From: Psammoneis japonica | Taxonomy: Eukaryota | Reading direction: 5' to 3' | DNA length: 62,268 nucleotides | Assembly (NCBI GenBank): GCA_008632985.1 | Contig: QPGO01000312.1 | Span: forward strand, 1 to 62,268 | In this document: one piece after another, positions 23,621-36,498 of the stretch | Layout of the letters: the number at the start of each line of letters is the position of its first letter | Position numbering within the stretch: position 1 is the first letter of the stretch | Position numbers and translations under genes: made by a program | The notes under the pieces: model-generated | Seen by the model: only the letters and a program-made list of their open reading frames with translations | What the model was told of the DNA's origin: nothing | The model's database searches: none

Positions 23621-24149
23621 CGAAATTCCTCCCTTGGACCGAACCCAGTCCTGGAGTGCACGCCTGCCAGCACGCCTGTTTGTTATTCCTAAAAATACTC
23701 CCTCTCTTTGAATGCCAAAATTTTCAAATCACTCATTGTTAAACATCAATTGATGAATTTTACATTCCTTTTGAATGGCAGCTGTTGTTGTTTGCATCCT
23801 CACATTATCCATTCACCATATTTTGCATGTTCCGTGTGAAGAACAATGGCACTCCCAACTGTTGTTTGCTAGAATTTTCAAATCGCCATCTAATTTTTTT
23901 TTGCATAACTTTCATAGATGAAAGGGCTGTAGTCCGAACACTTCTTTTTGCATTTTTAGCTGGCCTGCAACATCTCGCTTTGCCGTCTGGGTCCCCATGC
24001 TCTTAGCCGTCCCCTGTTCGTCACCGGCAATGAACAGAGCATCATTTCACATAGTTCGCAACTGGCCAGTGCATTTAAAATTTTCATGTTTTGGTCGTCT
24101 AGTTCCAGTTAAAACTTTCTACTAGGAAATTAGGCTCATGTCTTTACCC

Positions 24150-25020
24150 TCACTCATCGTCCAGTCTTGCTCTCACCCTTCTGTCTTCCTCAATGACACC
24201 CACTTCTTCTCTTGTGGTTTCATAAGATTCGTACAGGCGCTCCACAATTTGGTGCAATCCACTGATGTGACCCTCTCTGGATGCATGCACTCCTGCACAG
24301 AATACCCTCATTCCCAAGAGTGCTTTCTGATACAATTCCAAGTCTCCGCTCACTAGAGGTGGGCAATGTCCCTCTGCGAAAGGCCAGGGGATGTCTGCAC
24401 TGGTGTCGTGTTCGTTAAGATAAACCACATCCAACACGGTGTCTTCTCTCATGGTTGCCGTATCCTCTCTGACAGGCGGCAGAGCACACATGATTTTTGG
24501 GAACCGGCACTCTATGTCATTTTTTTGGTAAGCCACCACGATCGCGCAAAGATTTTGCATCGAAAGGTCGACTGGCGTCTCCACTTCAAAGTGCAACAAA
24601 TCTAGCAACAAAGTCACTTTGTCCATGTATGTGTCACAACGGATTCTGGTGTTTTGTACCCACCCCTTCAAAAGTGGTTGCAAGCTGTACCTGCGCAACC
24701 TGTCACCACCCACACATCCTGCCACGACACAATAATTGAATGCCCAAGAGTCGACGTACGTTCTGCTTTTATCCAGTTCTTTATGCAAACTGAATGTCTG
24801 GAATGCTCCCTCAATGTGGTCTCTTCGCAAATGATGCAATGGCCTTGTAATCCGGTATCACCTCATCCTCACAGTGTATCTGGGATCACCCAAGTCGCGT
24901 CTCCGCATTTCCAATGTATTGTCTTGCTCCACTGTTTCTCGCAAAGCATTGAGCACGTGTGGCCTCAACAGTTTGTTAACAAAATCCATTTTTCAACATC
25001 ATTCTCCAGCTGAGGTAGGA
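24150..25020 (-). pseudogene. Unknown cargo ORF inside the Plavaka-like element
   Basis: 229-aa ORF 24150-24839 with a protein-like upstream continuation; no family recognised. Confidence 0.4.
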
Positions 25021-25676
25021 AAACATGCATTCCAGGATGCCCTTTGTCGATGCAACGCATCCACGGCTACCCAGCGTGTTGCAATGTTTGAAATTTGAAC
25101 ACAACATGTTCGATGTCAGCCCCGAGTATTTGTTGATGTTGTATTGCTGCTGCACAGATCGGGGATTGTGATGGGTTTGGCTGCTGCGTGGGCAGTTCTC
25201 TGCACAGTCACCAAATCTCGAAATTTCATAAGTGGGGCAACAGGCTGTGCATTCTCTCTCTTGGAAATTTTTAGCATCCTTAAATGAAATGATTAAAGAT
25301 TGTATCTTTTTGTGTGTCTTATATCGCTGAAAGAGAATACGAAATTTTAATGTTCTTTAGAAATGCTGTGGTATGGATTCCCCATATTTATGACACAACT
25401 CTAAACACTGTCGCCAAAATGGGTTTGACATCTTGTACAATTGCACAGATTTATGATACAATTTTTCACACTATCACCAAAATAGGTAAGACATTTTGTA
25501 CAATTCAATTTTCATTCCTGTGGACAATGGCACTAACTTGACATGTAGTCCCATGTGATGCTCCTCACACTAAAGCGCCGTGTCACAATGTAACACAGAA
25601 ATTTCACAACTGTGTCGTCGTGTGGTGTCGCCAGGTTATACCGTCACCTTGCCGCAACATCCACAATCACCTTCCA

Positions 25677-27568
25677 TGTCATTGTTGTGCTCCACCTTCC
25701 ACATTGCATCTCATCTCCCTCCAATTCCGACAGGACTCGATCGCAAAAACAACAAAATCTCTTGGCAACGTGTGTATTTCCAACCCAGTCAGCATGTGAG
25801 CAAGAGGACTTTGATGTGCAAGAAGGTCTCTTCTGTTGGATTGTCTCCCACACACATCAATCATTTATTCTGCACTCTCAACACGGATGGATTTCTCAAC
25901 ACACTTCCTGCTGGCCAAGCTTTGGTAATCTGGCCAAGAGCACTTTATGACTGTTCAACGGTTTACAACAACAAACATCTGTCCTCCGCATTGAGGGAGG
26001 TGGCAGAGGAATTGTCAGTGCAGACAGCAAGACAAAGAGATGCTGATGCTAGGAGAAAATCTCTTGCCCAGAAAAGAAAGTGCCAACACGATGCCAGTGT
26101 CCAGGAAAATAGCATATCCAACAACGGGATTGGCTGTGCTTCAGTTGGTTCCCATGTGGAGGGACTTTCGATCAAATCCCAGAAGGAAATGTCAGCAGAG
26201 TTTTGCTTGTACTTAAACAGATTCGGACAGTCAAAGTTGATCCATCCATCGTTGTTTGGCACTTCAGCCACCAAAGACCTGCAACTATCCAAGGACAGCA
26301 ACATTGCCACTTCCATTTAAAAAAACAGACGACACAAGTGATTGTGAAGCACCTGTTTCCGGCACCGTCAATGCCATCCAACAATTGCCAGAAGGAGCAG
26401 GTGTAGATGATTGTTGCGACAAGCCACTCTTTACCGACCAAGCGGAGTTGGACCACCACAGTTTTGGATTATGCGATGACTTAACAGAACCAGCTGAAAT
26501 CCCCACTACTGAGAACATTGCTGTCGACAATAACTCATTGGTTGTTGGCATTGTTTTTGGTGATGAGACCACCAACATCTCCGCCCAGGAATGCAGAGAT
26601 ACAACACGTTGTCGGGCACTAGTCAAAATCGGTTTCAATGTCCACACTGTGGACTATCGTGAGACAAACACTCCACATCCAAATCACATGAACGCCGATG
26701 TACGGGCACTTAGTTGATCCAAGAACTGGGCTGCCAAGGAATGCATCTACAACTCTATGTCATTGGATGTTGCATCTGTGACACAATCGTATTTCAACGA
26801 CAGGGTCTTGTCAGATTCTTTTTTCAGTCAATCCTTGACTCGCTTCCGTCAAAAGCTGTTGGACGTTGGCAATGTGTTTTTGCCTGTCGATTCGCAGACA
26901 GCCCAGTGTCTTTACAAAAACTGGGCTGTGGTTGGTAAAGTTTGGATTGTCAGGTACCTACGCCGGGATCAGTGGGATGAAATGCCTCTCTTCCATCCCA
27001 CTGTAATTGCATCACTAGTCTGTCACAGAAGGGAGGGAGACATGCATTCTCACAGTGAAGATTATGGAGTAAAGTTGTCAGAGGTACACGGTTCTTGGTG
27101 CTTTTTCGTACAGCTTGTTCCTCTTTGCTTGTACTCACTGCTTATCATTCGTCTGTTTCAAGATCAAGGGCTCTGTTTCCGACCAACATCATGAACTTGT
27201 TAGAACTTTCCCTGCCAACGTTGAGAGAATCAACTTCATTGTTCTTGCTCCACAAAGAAGCAACCGCATCACTACCGCTTTGTGAGGTTGCTAACTCTTT
27301 GATGGCAAGTGATGGTGTTGACGGCAAGGTTTGTGCAAGATGTTCCTTTGAATATCTAGAAAGCTGTGCAATCTGTCCCATGTGCTGTCAAATGCCACTA
27401 CGAAAGGCTTGGACTACCAAGTCTCTTGTCGACAGTGACCAAAAGCTCAATGAAGCGTTGGAGGTCATTGATGCCAACAACGGTCGCCTGGGTGGAAGGA
27501 GGAAGCAAAATACTACGGAAAAAAGCAAGGCGGACATTCTCAAGGGAAAAAATTCAATCATTGGGTAA
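25677..27568 (+). pseudogene. Degenerate cargo gene inside the Plavaka-like element, ending in a C4 zinc-ribbon-like motif
   Basis: Chain of overlapping ORFs (25580-26320, 26256-26717, 26757-27194, 27095-27568); CARC..CAICPMC near the end. Confidence 0.45.
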
Positions 27569-29986
27569 AACACTACCAACCGCTGGACACCCCAAATGGG
27601 CAAGACAACAAGCACTGGGGAACCACCTCCTTCTTCCCAAACGACGAGAAGAAGTCAGGAGCAGTTGTTCCCGGATTTTGATCTCACCAATTCGGAAAAG
27701 ATCAAAAATTCGTGGGACAGGCAGCTTTTGTTCGTGGAGAAAAAACGTGGCTGCATTGTCGACAGGGTCATCATGATCGTATTCTTCGTTTGCGTGGGGC
27801 TTGTTAACCGAGGATGCGGAGGCGTCCGTTTGATGATCCTCAGTAGATGCTTCCTCTTTGTCACTCTCTTCCTTGTCATCTTGTGGATTTGGTTGGTGTT
27901 CATCATAATCGCCTGCTGAATCATCGTTGTCGTTAAGCAAATCTTCGGGATTGTCAGCAACGTATTCACCCTCTTCGTATACATGAGCCTCATTGTCTTC
28001 TTCTTTGTAATCATAGTCCTCTTGTGGAGGCTGGTCGTCGAAATTTGAGGCTCGTTTTTTCTTTGTCTTGTCGAAATCTGGATGACAACGAAGACGGAGT
28101 ATGCTCCATCCCTCCGCAGTCTGACCTATTAGTGCTATCGCAAACAGCTTCCCCATCTTTTGGTCACAGGTCAAACCAGACAAGGTACAAAAGCCGTTTC
28201 GCAAGACAACTGGTGGAAACACTGATCTCTGACCGGGTCTGCACCACTGAGATCCAAATATGCGGTTGGCCAAATCATTCAGTTGGCCTTTGGCAGAGTC
28301 GGGCAAATCGTTGACAATGACGGAGAGCATCTGAGGGACCATGCCACCTTGGAATATGTGCATTGGATCAGGGGACACGAACCCAAACACACCCTGACGA
28401 TTGTCTCCCATCCGAAGAGGAAAGATTGAGTTGTCAACCGTGTGTTGGCCAAACACCTTATGAAGTATGGAGGAACAAACATTCATGTGCCGGACGACTG
28501 CACTACGTGCCTTGGATCGGATTAATTTGGCTTTAGCCTTGGACATCACTGTGGGTATTTGTGATTCAACAAATAGATGCCAAGGACTGTCAATTGAACC
28601 GGGTGGTGGTCCAAGAGCTGGGACAGTTAAATGCTCCATCACTTCCTGAGAAAAACACCTGCAGCAATGTAACAGTTCATCGCTGCACATCCAGGAGGTG
28701 TGACAAGCATGACTAATGTGGCAGGAATTTTTGTGGCTTGTGCGGCGTTAACAGCATCACCCAACAATGTTATGCTGTGAACAATAATGCACTTAAAACA
28801 ATGCTGGTTGCCAAGTCAGACATGGCAGACAGGAGGCGATTCTTGTGCTTGAATTACAGAAGCAAGAAGGACCGATAAAATGCAGTGATAATTCTGACAT
28901 TCAACCCAAAAATGGGGTTCTTTGTTTTGTAACCTGTGTATTTTGGAACAAATCTGAGAGGACGCCATGCTTCAAAACGATGACGGGCACATGCCTTGAT
29001 GAGAGTTATAGAGAGAAAACAAATAGCTCTATCAAATGAGGTGCTACCTGTCCTTTCCCAGTTTTGTTGGCACAGTACAAAACAAAGACATGAAAGGATC
29101 CGGAGACGGCGGGAACGTTGCTGCCATGAAAACAGTTGCTGTAAGTTTCAGCATCCTTCATTTCAGCATCATCACACAGCTTCCAGTCACCCTTCTCATC
29201 CAGCATGGGTTCACTGGAGAGCACCTGAGACCAACGTGTATCAGGAGAAACATCGAGATTTGAAAGATCAGCAAATAGGGGATCGTCGAACAGGTCCTGC
29301 AGTTTTGGAGGGAGAAGTCGTACACAGGAATGCCGGGAGACAGCTCCTGAGGCAGGTCATTCTTGAATTGGTTGACGATGGAAACGGACTCAAGGGGGAC
29401 TCGATGCAGAACAGGAGCGACAACGCTGGGCAACATTAACTTGAGCTTGGACATGAAAGTTCGAGAAGAGGGTATTTGTTGGGTGACAGACAACCCACCA
29501 TTGGAGAATTCCTCCTGCACAGTTCTCAGCAATTCATCTGTGACACTGATTGGGACGCCCTTGGAACGACACAAATTCAACATGCAGACCATGGATGTGG
29601 TTTTGCTGTTGTAAACTTTGGGAACCACGAGGTCCTCGTCTGCAGAGAGGTGTCCAACTTGATCGAGAACGGCAACAGGGCCAGATTCGGCTACAATGGT
29701 GGCAGGAACCTTGCATTTGGAAACAAATTCTTCGTGGTCAGGAAACTGGCACTCTGAAACATCATCGGCATGGGGAAGAACGGAATTGTTGTGGGGACAA
29801 CGCAGCTCTGGTGCAGATGAAAATGCATCAGATTGGCAGGAAGATGCGGCGCGAAGAAGGCTTTGAGAAAAGGACAGTTTGCGGGGAAGATAAGTTCTTA
29901 GGTGGTGTTGAAGACCAGTTGGGAGAAAACGTTTGCCACACATGGGACAATCATTGCCAATGGCAAAGGGGAGCGCCATTGTTCAT
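27554..29986 (-). pseudogene. Plavaka-like transposase, frameshifted and 3'-truncated
   Basis: N-terminal CPMCGKRF..LQHH finger, PVYDFSLQ, LYCANKTG, SPDPMHIFQGG, FPPVVLRNGFCTLSGLT; acidic insert. Confidence 0.75.
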
Positions 29987-30253
29987 TTTGTAAAAGCAAG
30001 TGATATGAAAATGAGTGGGACAAACCATGTGGTAAAAACGACACGTGGCAGGTGACAAGATTGTGTTGCATAAATCAACCTATGTGTGAGTGTGTAAGAT
30101 TGTAGCTTGGCTTCATGCACAACATCAGTTTTCTGCATGCCGGCATGCAGCTCTTGCATCACGTAATTAACAACATAAGACAATTCCGACATTCCGCAGT
30201 TACAGGAATTTTGTCATGCTGGTGCGCATCTCAGATTATTGCCCCACCAGACG

Positions 30254-31091
30254 AATGGGCAGCTGGAACCTTTGTCACACCCAAGAAGGATGGATGAGTG
30301 TGATGGGCATCCAACTTTCGAGAACTTAAAAAGGTCCTCAAATATTGCAAGGTTTGTCCCCTGCCTGTTGTTCAAGACGTGATTCATCAATGCTCAGGGC
30401 ACAAAATTTTTGACCAAGTTGGATCTCACTGTGTTTTACTGACATGTCGATCTCAATGAGAAGTGCAAGGACACATGCACTGTCATCACTCCCTTTGGAA
30501 AGATCGGCAAATGCTCTCAATGTTGAGGCCTGTGTTGATGATGTCGCTCAATTCGATGATTTATTTGATGCTCACATGCGCCATCTTGATGAGCTGTTGC
30601 TCAGGCTGGAAGAAAATGATGTCAAGGTCAACCCACTCAAGTGCAAGTGGTGCATCCAAGAGACTGATTTTCTAGGCCATTGGCTCATGCCGACACATTC
30701 CTTCATTGGTGCAGCAACCTGTTCATGTGGCCATGCCATTCTCATGTGCTTGCTCCATCTACGAAGCTCACAGGCAAGAGAAAATTGGAGTGGATGTCAG
30801 AGTGTCAGAAAGCTTTTGAAGACATGAAAACTCTTATATATGTTGAACAATGCCTTGTGGGCTTTTCCTGGTCATAACAAACCCTTCCACATTTGTGCCA
30901 ATTCCTCCAATTATCAGATGGGCACAGTGATTGTGCAAGAAGGAAAGCCGGTTACATGCTGGTCCCGGAAAAACAGTGCAGCACAGCAGAATTATTCTAC
31001 CAGGTGGTGACTCTTCTTGGAGGATTTCACACCTACGTTTGAGTGTGTTGACGGCAAGGACAATGTGTTGGATGATTGTTTTTCTCAATTC
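30254..31091 (+). pseudogene. Gypsy RT/RNase H remnant (continuation of 21917)
   Basis: TPKKDG, ACVDDVA, KVNPLKCKW..ETDFLGHW, CQKAFE; several deletions. Confidence 0.85.
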
Positions 31092-34000
31092 TGACAGAAA
31101 TTAAAGATGACTGGGTGGAAGAAAACAATGACTCCTTACTGCTGTCTAAATAGCAGATGAGTCTCCATGCAGAGACCGTCACAGGAGCTGAAAGACTGGT
31201 GTCATGATGTTGGCACTACTGTCACCATTCTTGTGAGCCAAGCGGCTCCAAAGCAAACTACATCGGGCGTCGCACGCGGAACTAAGAGCACACATAATTA
31301 TGTGTGATAAACTAAAATCTTCTTCAAATCCTGTCACTCCCCAGTTTGCTTGAGGGGTCAACAGCGATAGATTTGAGGTCAGATTGGTTGAAAGCCTTGG
31401 GATCAAAGCTCCAAAACATTAGAGGACAAAGGAGGTTCCAGACCTGGGAGTAGCCCCAGTGCTTGCTGAGGATGTCAGCTGGGTTGTGGGAACCGTTGAA
31501 ATGAAACTTGAGGAAACCGGAGGCTATCACCTCACGTACATGGTGGAACGAGAGGGCGGTGTGTCGCTTGTGTAATGTGGAGTGTGGGATGGTAGCACTT
31601 TCCACAACCCACTTGTTATCCCCGAACATGTAACATGTTTCACGAATGGGGATGCCAAGGTAATGTAAAGTGATGCACAGACTATCAAGGGGTGCATCTG
31701 TGAGGTGCCCATCAGCAACAAGTTGCTCCTAGTGCAATCCGTCACATCTGACATCATAGACAGAATGCACCCTAATCTTCTTGTGTCCTGTTGGGGCACT
31801 GGAGTCCTTGTAGTGTCTGCAGTCCTCATGGAAAACCTTGTGCTCACCCAGCTGAGTCATCTTGAGGTCTGTCACGTCTCCCCACTTGCGGTTGCCATTG
31901 CGCTCGCCAAGGGCCAAGGCGCACCTGCAATCTCTTGGCACTTCATGCCCGTACTTGCATCGTGGTGTAGTACGAAATGAGCACAGCTTGGCTTGGTTGG
32001 TAATGCAGAATAGCTTCTTCTGGCACAGAGCCAAAGTTCGGAAGCATTTCCAGCCTTCGGTTTCGAGCAGGCCGTGTTCGCGTGTGTAGATGATGACACA
32101 GGTGATGGAATTTTCCTTGGCAATGATGGCAAGGGGTTTGGATGTGATCTCCCTATTCTCCCATTCAAGCATGACATTGTAGCTTGGGCTGGATGGTCCT
32201 TCGTGCAAAACGATGCATCGGAACTTCCAAAGAGTAGAGTCCTTGTCTTCTTGTTTGATGTGGTATATGATGTCATTGTAGTCAAGGATTTCTTTGCATT
32301 CATCATTGTCAACAGAGCAAATGAATTTGACTAGTTCTGGGTTGTTGCCAATTTTCCAGTCATGGTCTTCAACAGCCTTGAAGATGCGGGCTTGGTGGCA
32401 ATGTTCATCCTCTTGTGGCTTCATGAGGAAGGTGCGTCCAACAATGTGCTCAGGGTTGAAGACTGGCATCTTGGGCATCCTGATCTCCTCCCCATCTGAT
32501 GAATCCAGTGAATCTTCAGATTTGTGGCTGGATTTGATGATAGGTGCAGCAGTCTCCCCACCAGGAGGATCAAGTAGCAAGTTACGCGTCGATGGCTCAC
32601 CGGCAGTGGAGCGTCCATTGGACCGGTAAAGAATCTTCTGGGTGTCATCAGAAAGAATCTTGAAGGTCATGTGATGGCCCACATGCTTGGCAATGCCGAC
32701 GAAGTGACCACGCAACTCACATGATTTGGATGGCCAGTCGGAGTCATCCAGATGGCAGCACACTGGTTCCCACCATTGAAAATGGAGAAGCAGGATGTGA
32801 TGTGGGCGGGGAGTGGATCCACTCAGCACTTTAGTGGGGGCACGCCAGTGTAACTTGGCAGAGGCAGTGCAGTTGAGTAGAAAGCACATGTACATGAGAG
32901 TGAGGAAGGGGGGGTTGTCAGGTGAGAGAAGACGTTGTAGATTGCCATGCAGAAGAGGCTTGTGCTTTGTGAGATGTGCCAGGATGAGGTTGTTGTCCAT
33001 GCTGTTGTGCGCATTGGCGGGTGGTGCAGTGGTCGAGGCAAGATGATGAGTGTTGGCATGCAAATCGATGTTGCCATTGCTTCTGATGTCAGTGTCGGCA
33101 TTGCAGAGAGTCAATGGGGATGACATATCCATCAATGGTGGTGATGCACTGCATGCCGTTGGGGACCTTGATGGACCGATCATTGACGTCGTGCTTGTAC
33201 CACTCAAGTTGACCGCAAGAGTGTATGGTCTTGCCCTTTCCAGTGTAGGCATGCTGGTGAAGAATGGTGATGATGGGGCTGCATTGTGTGTGGATGACAC
33301 CACCAGTGGTGACAATGGGAATGTTGACTAGTTGGTGATTGTCGATACCTTGGATGTCAACCTGGCGACCAGTGCAAGCAATGACACGAACATCATCACC
33401 GGTGATACCACCGTTCACACCACGATCCACGAGGGCACCTTTGCAAGTCGATTTGTGAGTCGATGCACAGTAGACGACATTGTGGTTGTTGACACGACGG
33501 CATTTATGACCGTTGATCTCGATGTCAGTGTCGTTGGGCTTCTCGACGGAGCGGACGGAAGACGTAGATCCGGGGATTTCTCTCCAGAACGGGTGGAAGG
33601 AGGCCGTTCAGGTGCCAGGAGACATTGCAAGTCGCCGGGTGGCAGAGGCTTGCGCCTGGTGAGATGAGCCAGAATGGGGTTAGCATCAGCTGCATCAGCT
33701 GCAGTGTCAGATTGTGCGAAGGCTGATGCAAGATCGTGAGTGTTGGCGGACAAGTTGACATCACCATCGCTGTCAATGTGGAGGTCGTGCAGGTTGACCG
33801 CCGTCAAGTCATGGCAGTTGCCGGTGTGGGTGGTGCTTGAGCCAAGGATGATGGCCTTGGTGGACTGAGGCAAGGTGTCCCAAATGCGCTGATGGTTCGG
33901 CGGGATGCAACACCATTGTTCCCTGGTGAGGGAGTTGCCGCGAGTCTGTGCAGCATAAGCTTGGATGACATCAACATCACTGTCGATGTCGAAGAACACA

Positions 34001-36498
34001 TCATCATCAGGGTCATCGGGGACCAGGTCATGTTCGTAGATGGCACAGCGCGGATCACGAGGAGCCATCTTGGGGGTGAACGTGCTGTTGTACTGTGCCG
34101 CTGCAGAAAGTAGGAGTCCACAGTGCTGCTCGTAAGAAAGGCCCTTGCCATTCTGCGTGTGGAACTGATTGGCCTGATTCTTTACCAAACAAAGTTCTTC
34201 GACAGGATGAACGGTGTTCTCAAGCATGACGCATTTCTGGCCAGCAGAGAAGTGGTCCATGCCCAGGATAAGAGCTTCACACTTGCGGAGCTGGTCCTGC
34301 CAGTGGAGCATGAAGGCATGAGTGGATCCTTTCCAGGTGCCATCACCGAGGCGAGCAGAGGTGAGGTACGTGAGAAGGGTCGAGGACTCCAGGGATGCGC
34401 GAGTAGAAGCAAGGGCGTATTTGGACAAGTCATGATGCACTGCTTGAGCATCAGAGGTGCCGACATGCTCACGAACAAGTGCCTTGCCTTTGTCATTCTG
34501 CAAGATAGGTTCGAATGCGGTGAACATGCACTTCTGTTGTTTGTCGAACAGGGCCTTGTCCTCGGCTGTAGAGGGATTGTATGTCGGATCAAGAATGCGG
34601 TCGACGTCCTGGGAATGGGCCTGTGCGATGATGGAGGTGTGCCACATGTGCCAATGTTTGTCGGACTTGAGAAGTGCGAAGGTAAGTGGGTCATGTTTGA
34701 TGCCTCATTTAAAGTCACGCATGGGATCACGTGGTTTGGGTGGCAACGAACCAGGAGTGGGAGCAGATGGTGCTGTACCCATGGAGAGGGACGCTACATA
34801 CTCAGGACTAAGATGACAGTTGGTGAACTCCTCGTGTGTGAACAATTGAGGGTCATTGCTAACATCCGCGCCGCCGCGCGCTTTTACAGTGTACAGGCTA
34901 ATCAGCGCAGCTATCTGTGCTTTGTAACCACGTGGCAAAGGCATTTGATTGGTGCCGTCGTTGTACACAAGGGCATCCAGTTGCGTCGGAGTAAAAGTGA
35001 AGAGGTCCTGATACGAGTCGGTTCCGTCAATGTTGAGGGTGGAGCGCAATGGACTGTCTGCCGCTTGATTCAGAACAGTGCCTAGAATTTGCTCGAGGCC
35101 ATCAATTTGTTGCTGCCTGGTGAGAACCATGTTGCAACTACGTGGGTGTCGGGACAAGCTGGAGTCGGAGGGTGAGCTTGAAATAACTTGAAACTTGACT
35201 TGAATCTTGACTTGAAGTCTTGAACTATCTTATAAGTCAGAAGCCGCTGGGCTATGATATCCCGTTTGTAGTTAAATGCTAAGCTTCCTATCCGGTCCGT
35301 AGAGTTGTGCCGGCTCGTCTGAACCCACAGCTGGTGACGCTTTGGGTTGCCTGAGAGCAGAGTAACGGGTAAAAAAAAAACCCTGCTGACAAGCTAACTA
35401 GAGGTGGACAAGACCTCCAAACCGTTCTTATTTTATATTGGTTGGATAACCCGATCAGGCCGGCCGAATTTGGTGCTGTGGAGGGACAAACAAACGTGGG
35501 AAATGCACCCTCGCCCCAACGTAGGCTGTAATCACGAACTGCTTCCTCTCACAGTTGTCCTCGTGGACCTTGTAGGACTGTAGAAGACCAGCAATCCAGT
35601 GTAGATATGAAGCGGTAGACTTGGCTTGCGTGGAGCAGGGCCAGAGTCAAGAGTTTATGTCGTGTGCGCGTGGACCCGAGCGGATGGATTGGTCTGTCTG
35701 CCAACCACGGTAGAATCCGCTATAAGGAATCCGGAATCTCGGATGTCTGATAGTTCGGGAATTCCTGACCAAACAAATATCCGTTGAATAAATATATCCA
35801 GCGATGGCAGGTATTGGATAAATCCAAACATAGATTCAATCCAGCATGCAGCAGTGAAGAAGGTAGATGTGTACTTCCAACGCCAACGGCGCGCGTCGTC
35901 GAAAAATTTCTCGATGACGATGATGAATGCTCAATGGATGATAAAGAGCAAGACTGTTAATCTGACAGAAAATGAAGATGACTGGGTGGAAGAAAACAAT
36001 AACTCCTAGAATCTGCTGTAGGGAATCCGGAATCTCGGATAACTGAGAATTCGGGAATTCCTGACCAAACAAATATCCGTTGAATAAATGTATACAATGA
36101 TGGGAGGTATTGGATGAATCCAAACGTATAGATTTAATCCAGTATCCAGCAGCGAAGAAGGTAGGTATATACTTCCACCGCCAACAGTGTGTGTCGTCGA
36201 AATTTTTCTTGATGACGATGATGAACGCTCAATGGGTAAGAATGAGCGAGACTGTTAATCTGACAGAAATTGAAGATGACTGGGTGGAAGAAAACAATAA
36301 CTCCTTACTGCTGTCTAAATAGCAGATGAGTATCCGTGCAGAGCCCGTTACAGGAGCCGAAAGACTGGTGTCGTGATGTCGGTACTACTGTCATTATTCT
36401 TGTGAGCCGTGTGGCTCGAAAGCAAACTACATCGTGCGAAGCACACGGAGCACACATAATTATGTGTGATAAACTAAAATCTTGTTCAAATCCTGTCA
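31092..36498 (-). mobile_element. Internally deleted Copia family B element with both LTRs (5' 36261-36498, 3' 31092-31336); gag ATG at 35130
   Basis: gag MVLTRQQQIDG, protease DRGVNGG, integrase and RNase H pieces. PPT GGGGAG, PBS GATTAACAGTC. ~300-bp tandem duplication at 35710-36305. No matching TSD. Confidence 0.92.

Larger units (their letters stand above)
21918..30253 (-). mobile_element. Plavaka/CMC(EnSpm)-like DNA transposon, 8336 bp, both ends intact
   Basis: 26-bp TIRs CGTCTGGTGGGGCAA(C/T)AATCTGA(C/G)AT at 21918-21943 and 30228-30253. 2-bp TSD AA; removing the element restores Gypsy CAAATGAATGGGCAGC as at 21280. Subterminal direct repeats at 22096-22274. Confidence 0.88.

Noticed and set aside
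36225..36265. tRNA-Asn gene
   Set aside because: Only D-arm-like and anticodon-arm-like parts are present, with no T arm or acceptor stem; treated as the complement of a PBS.
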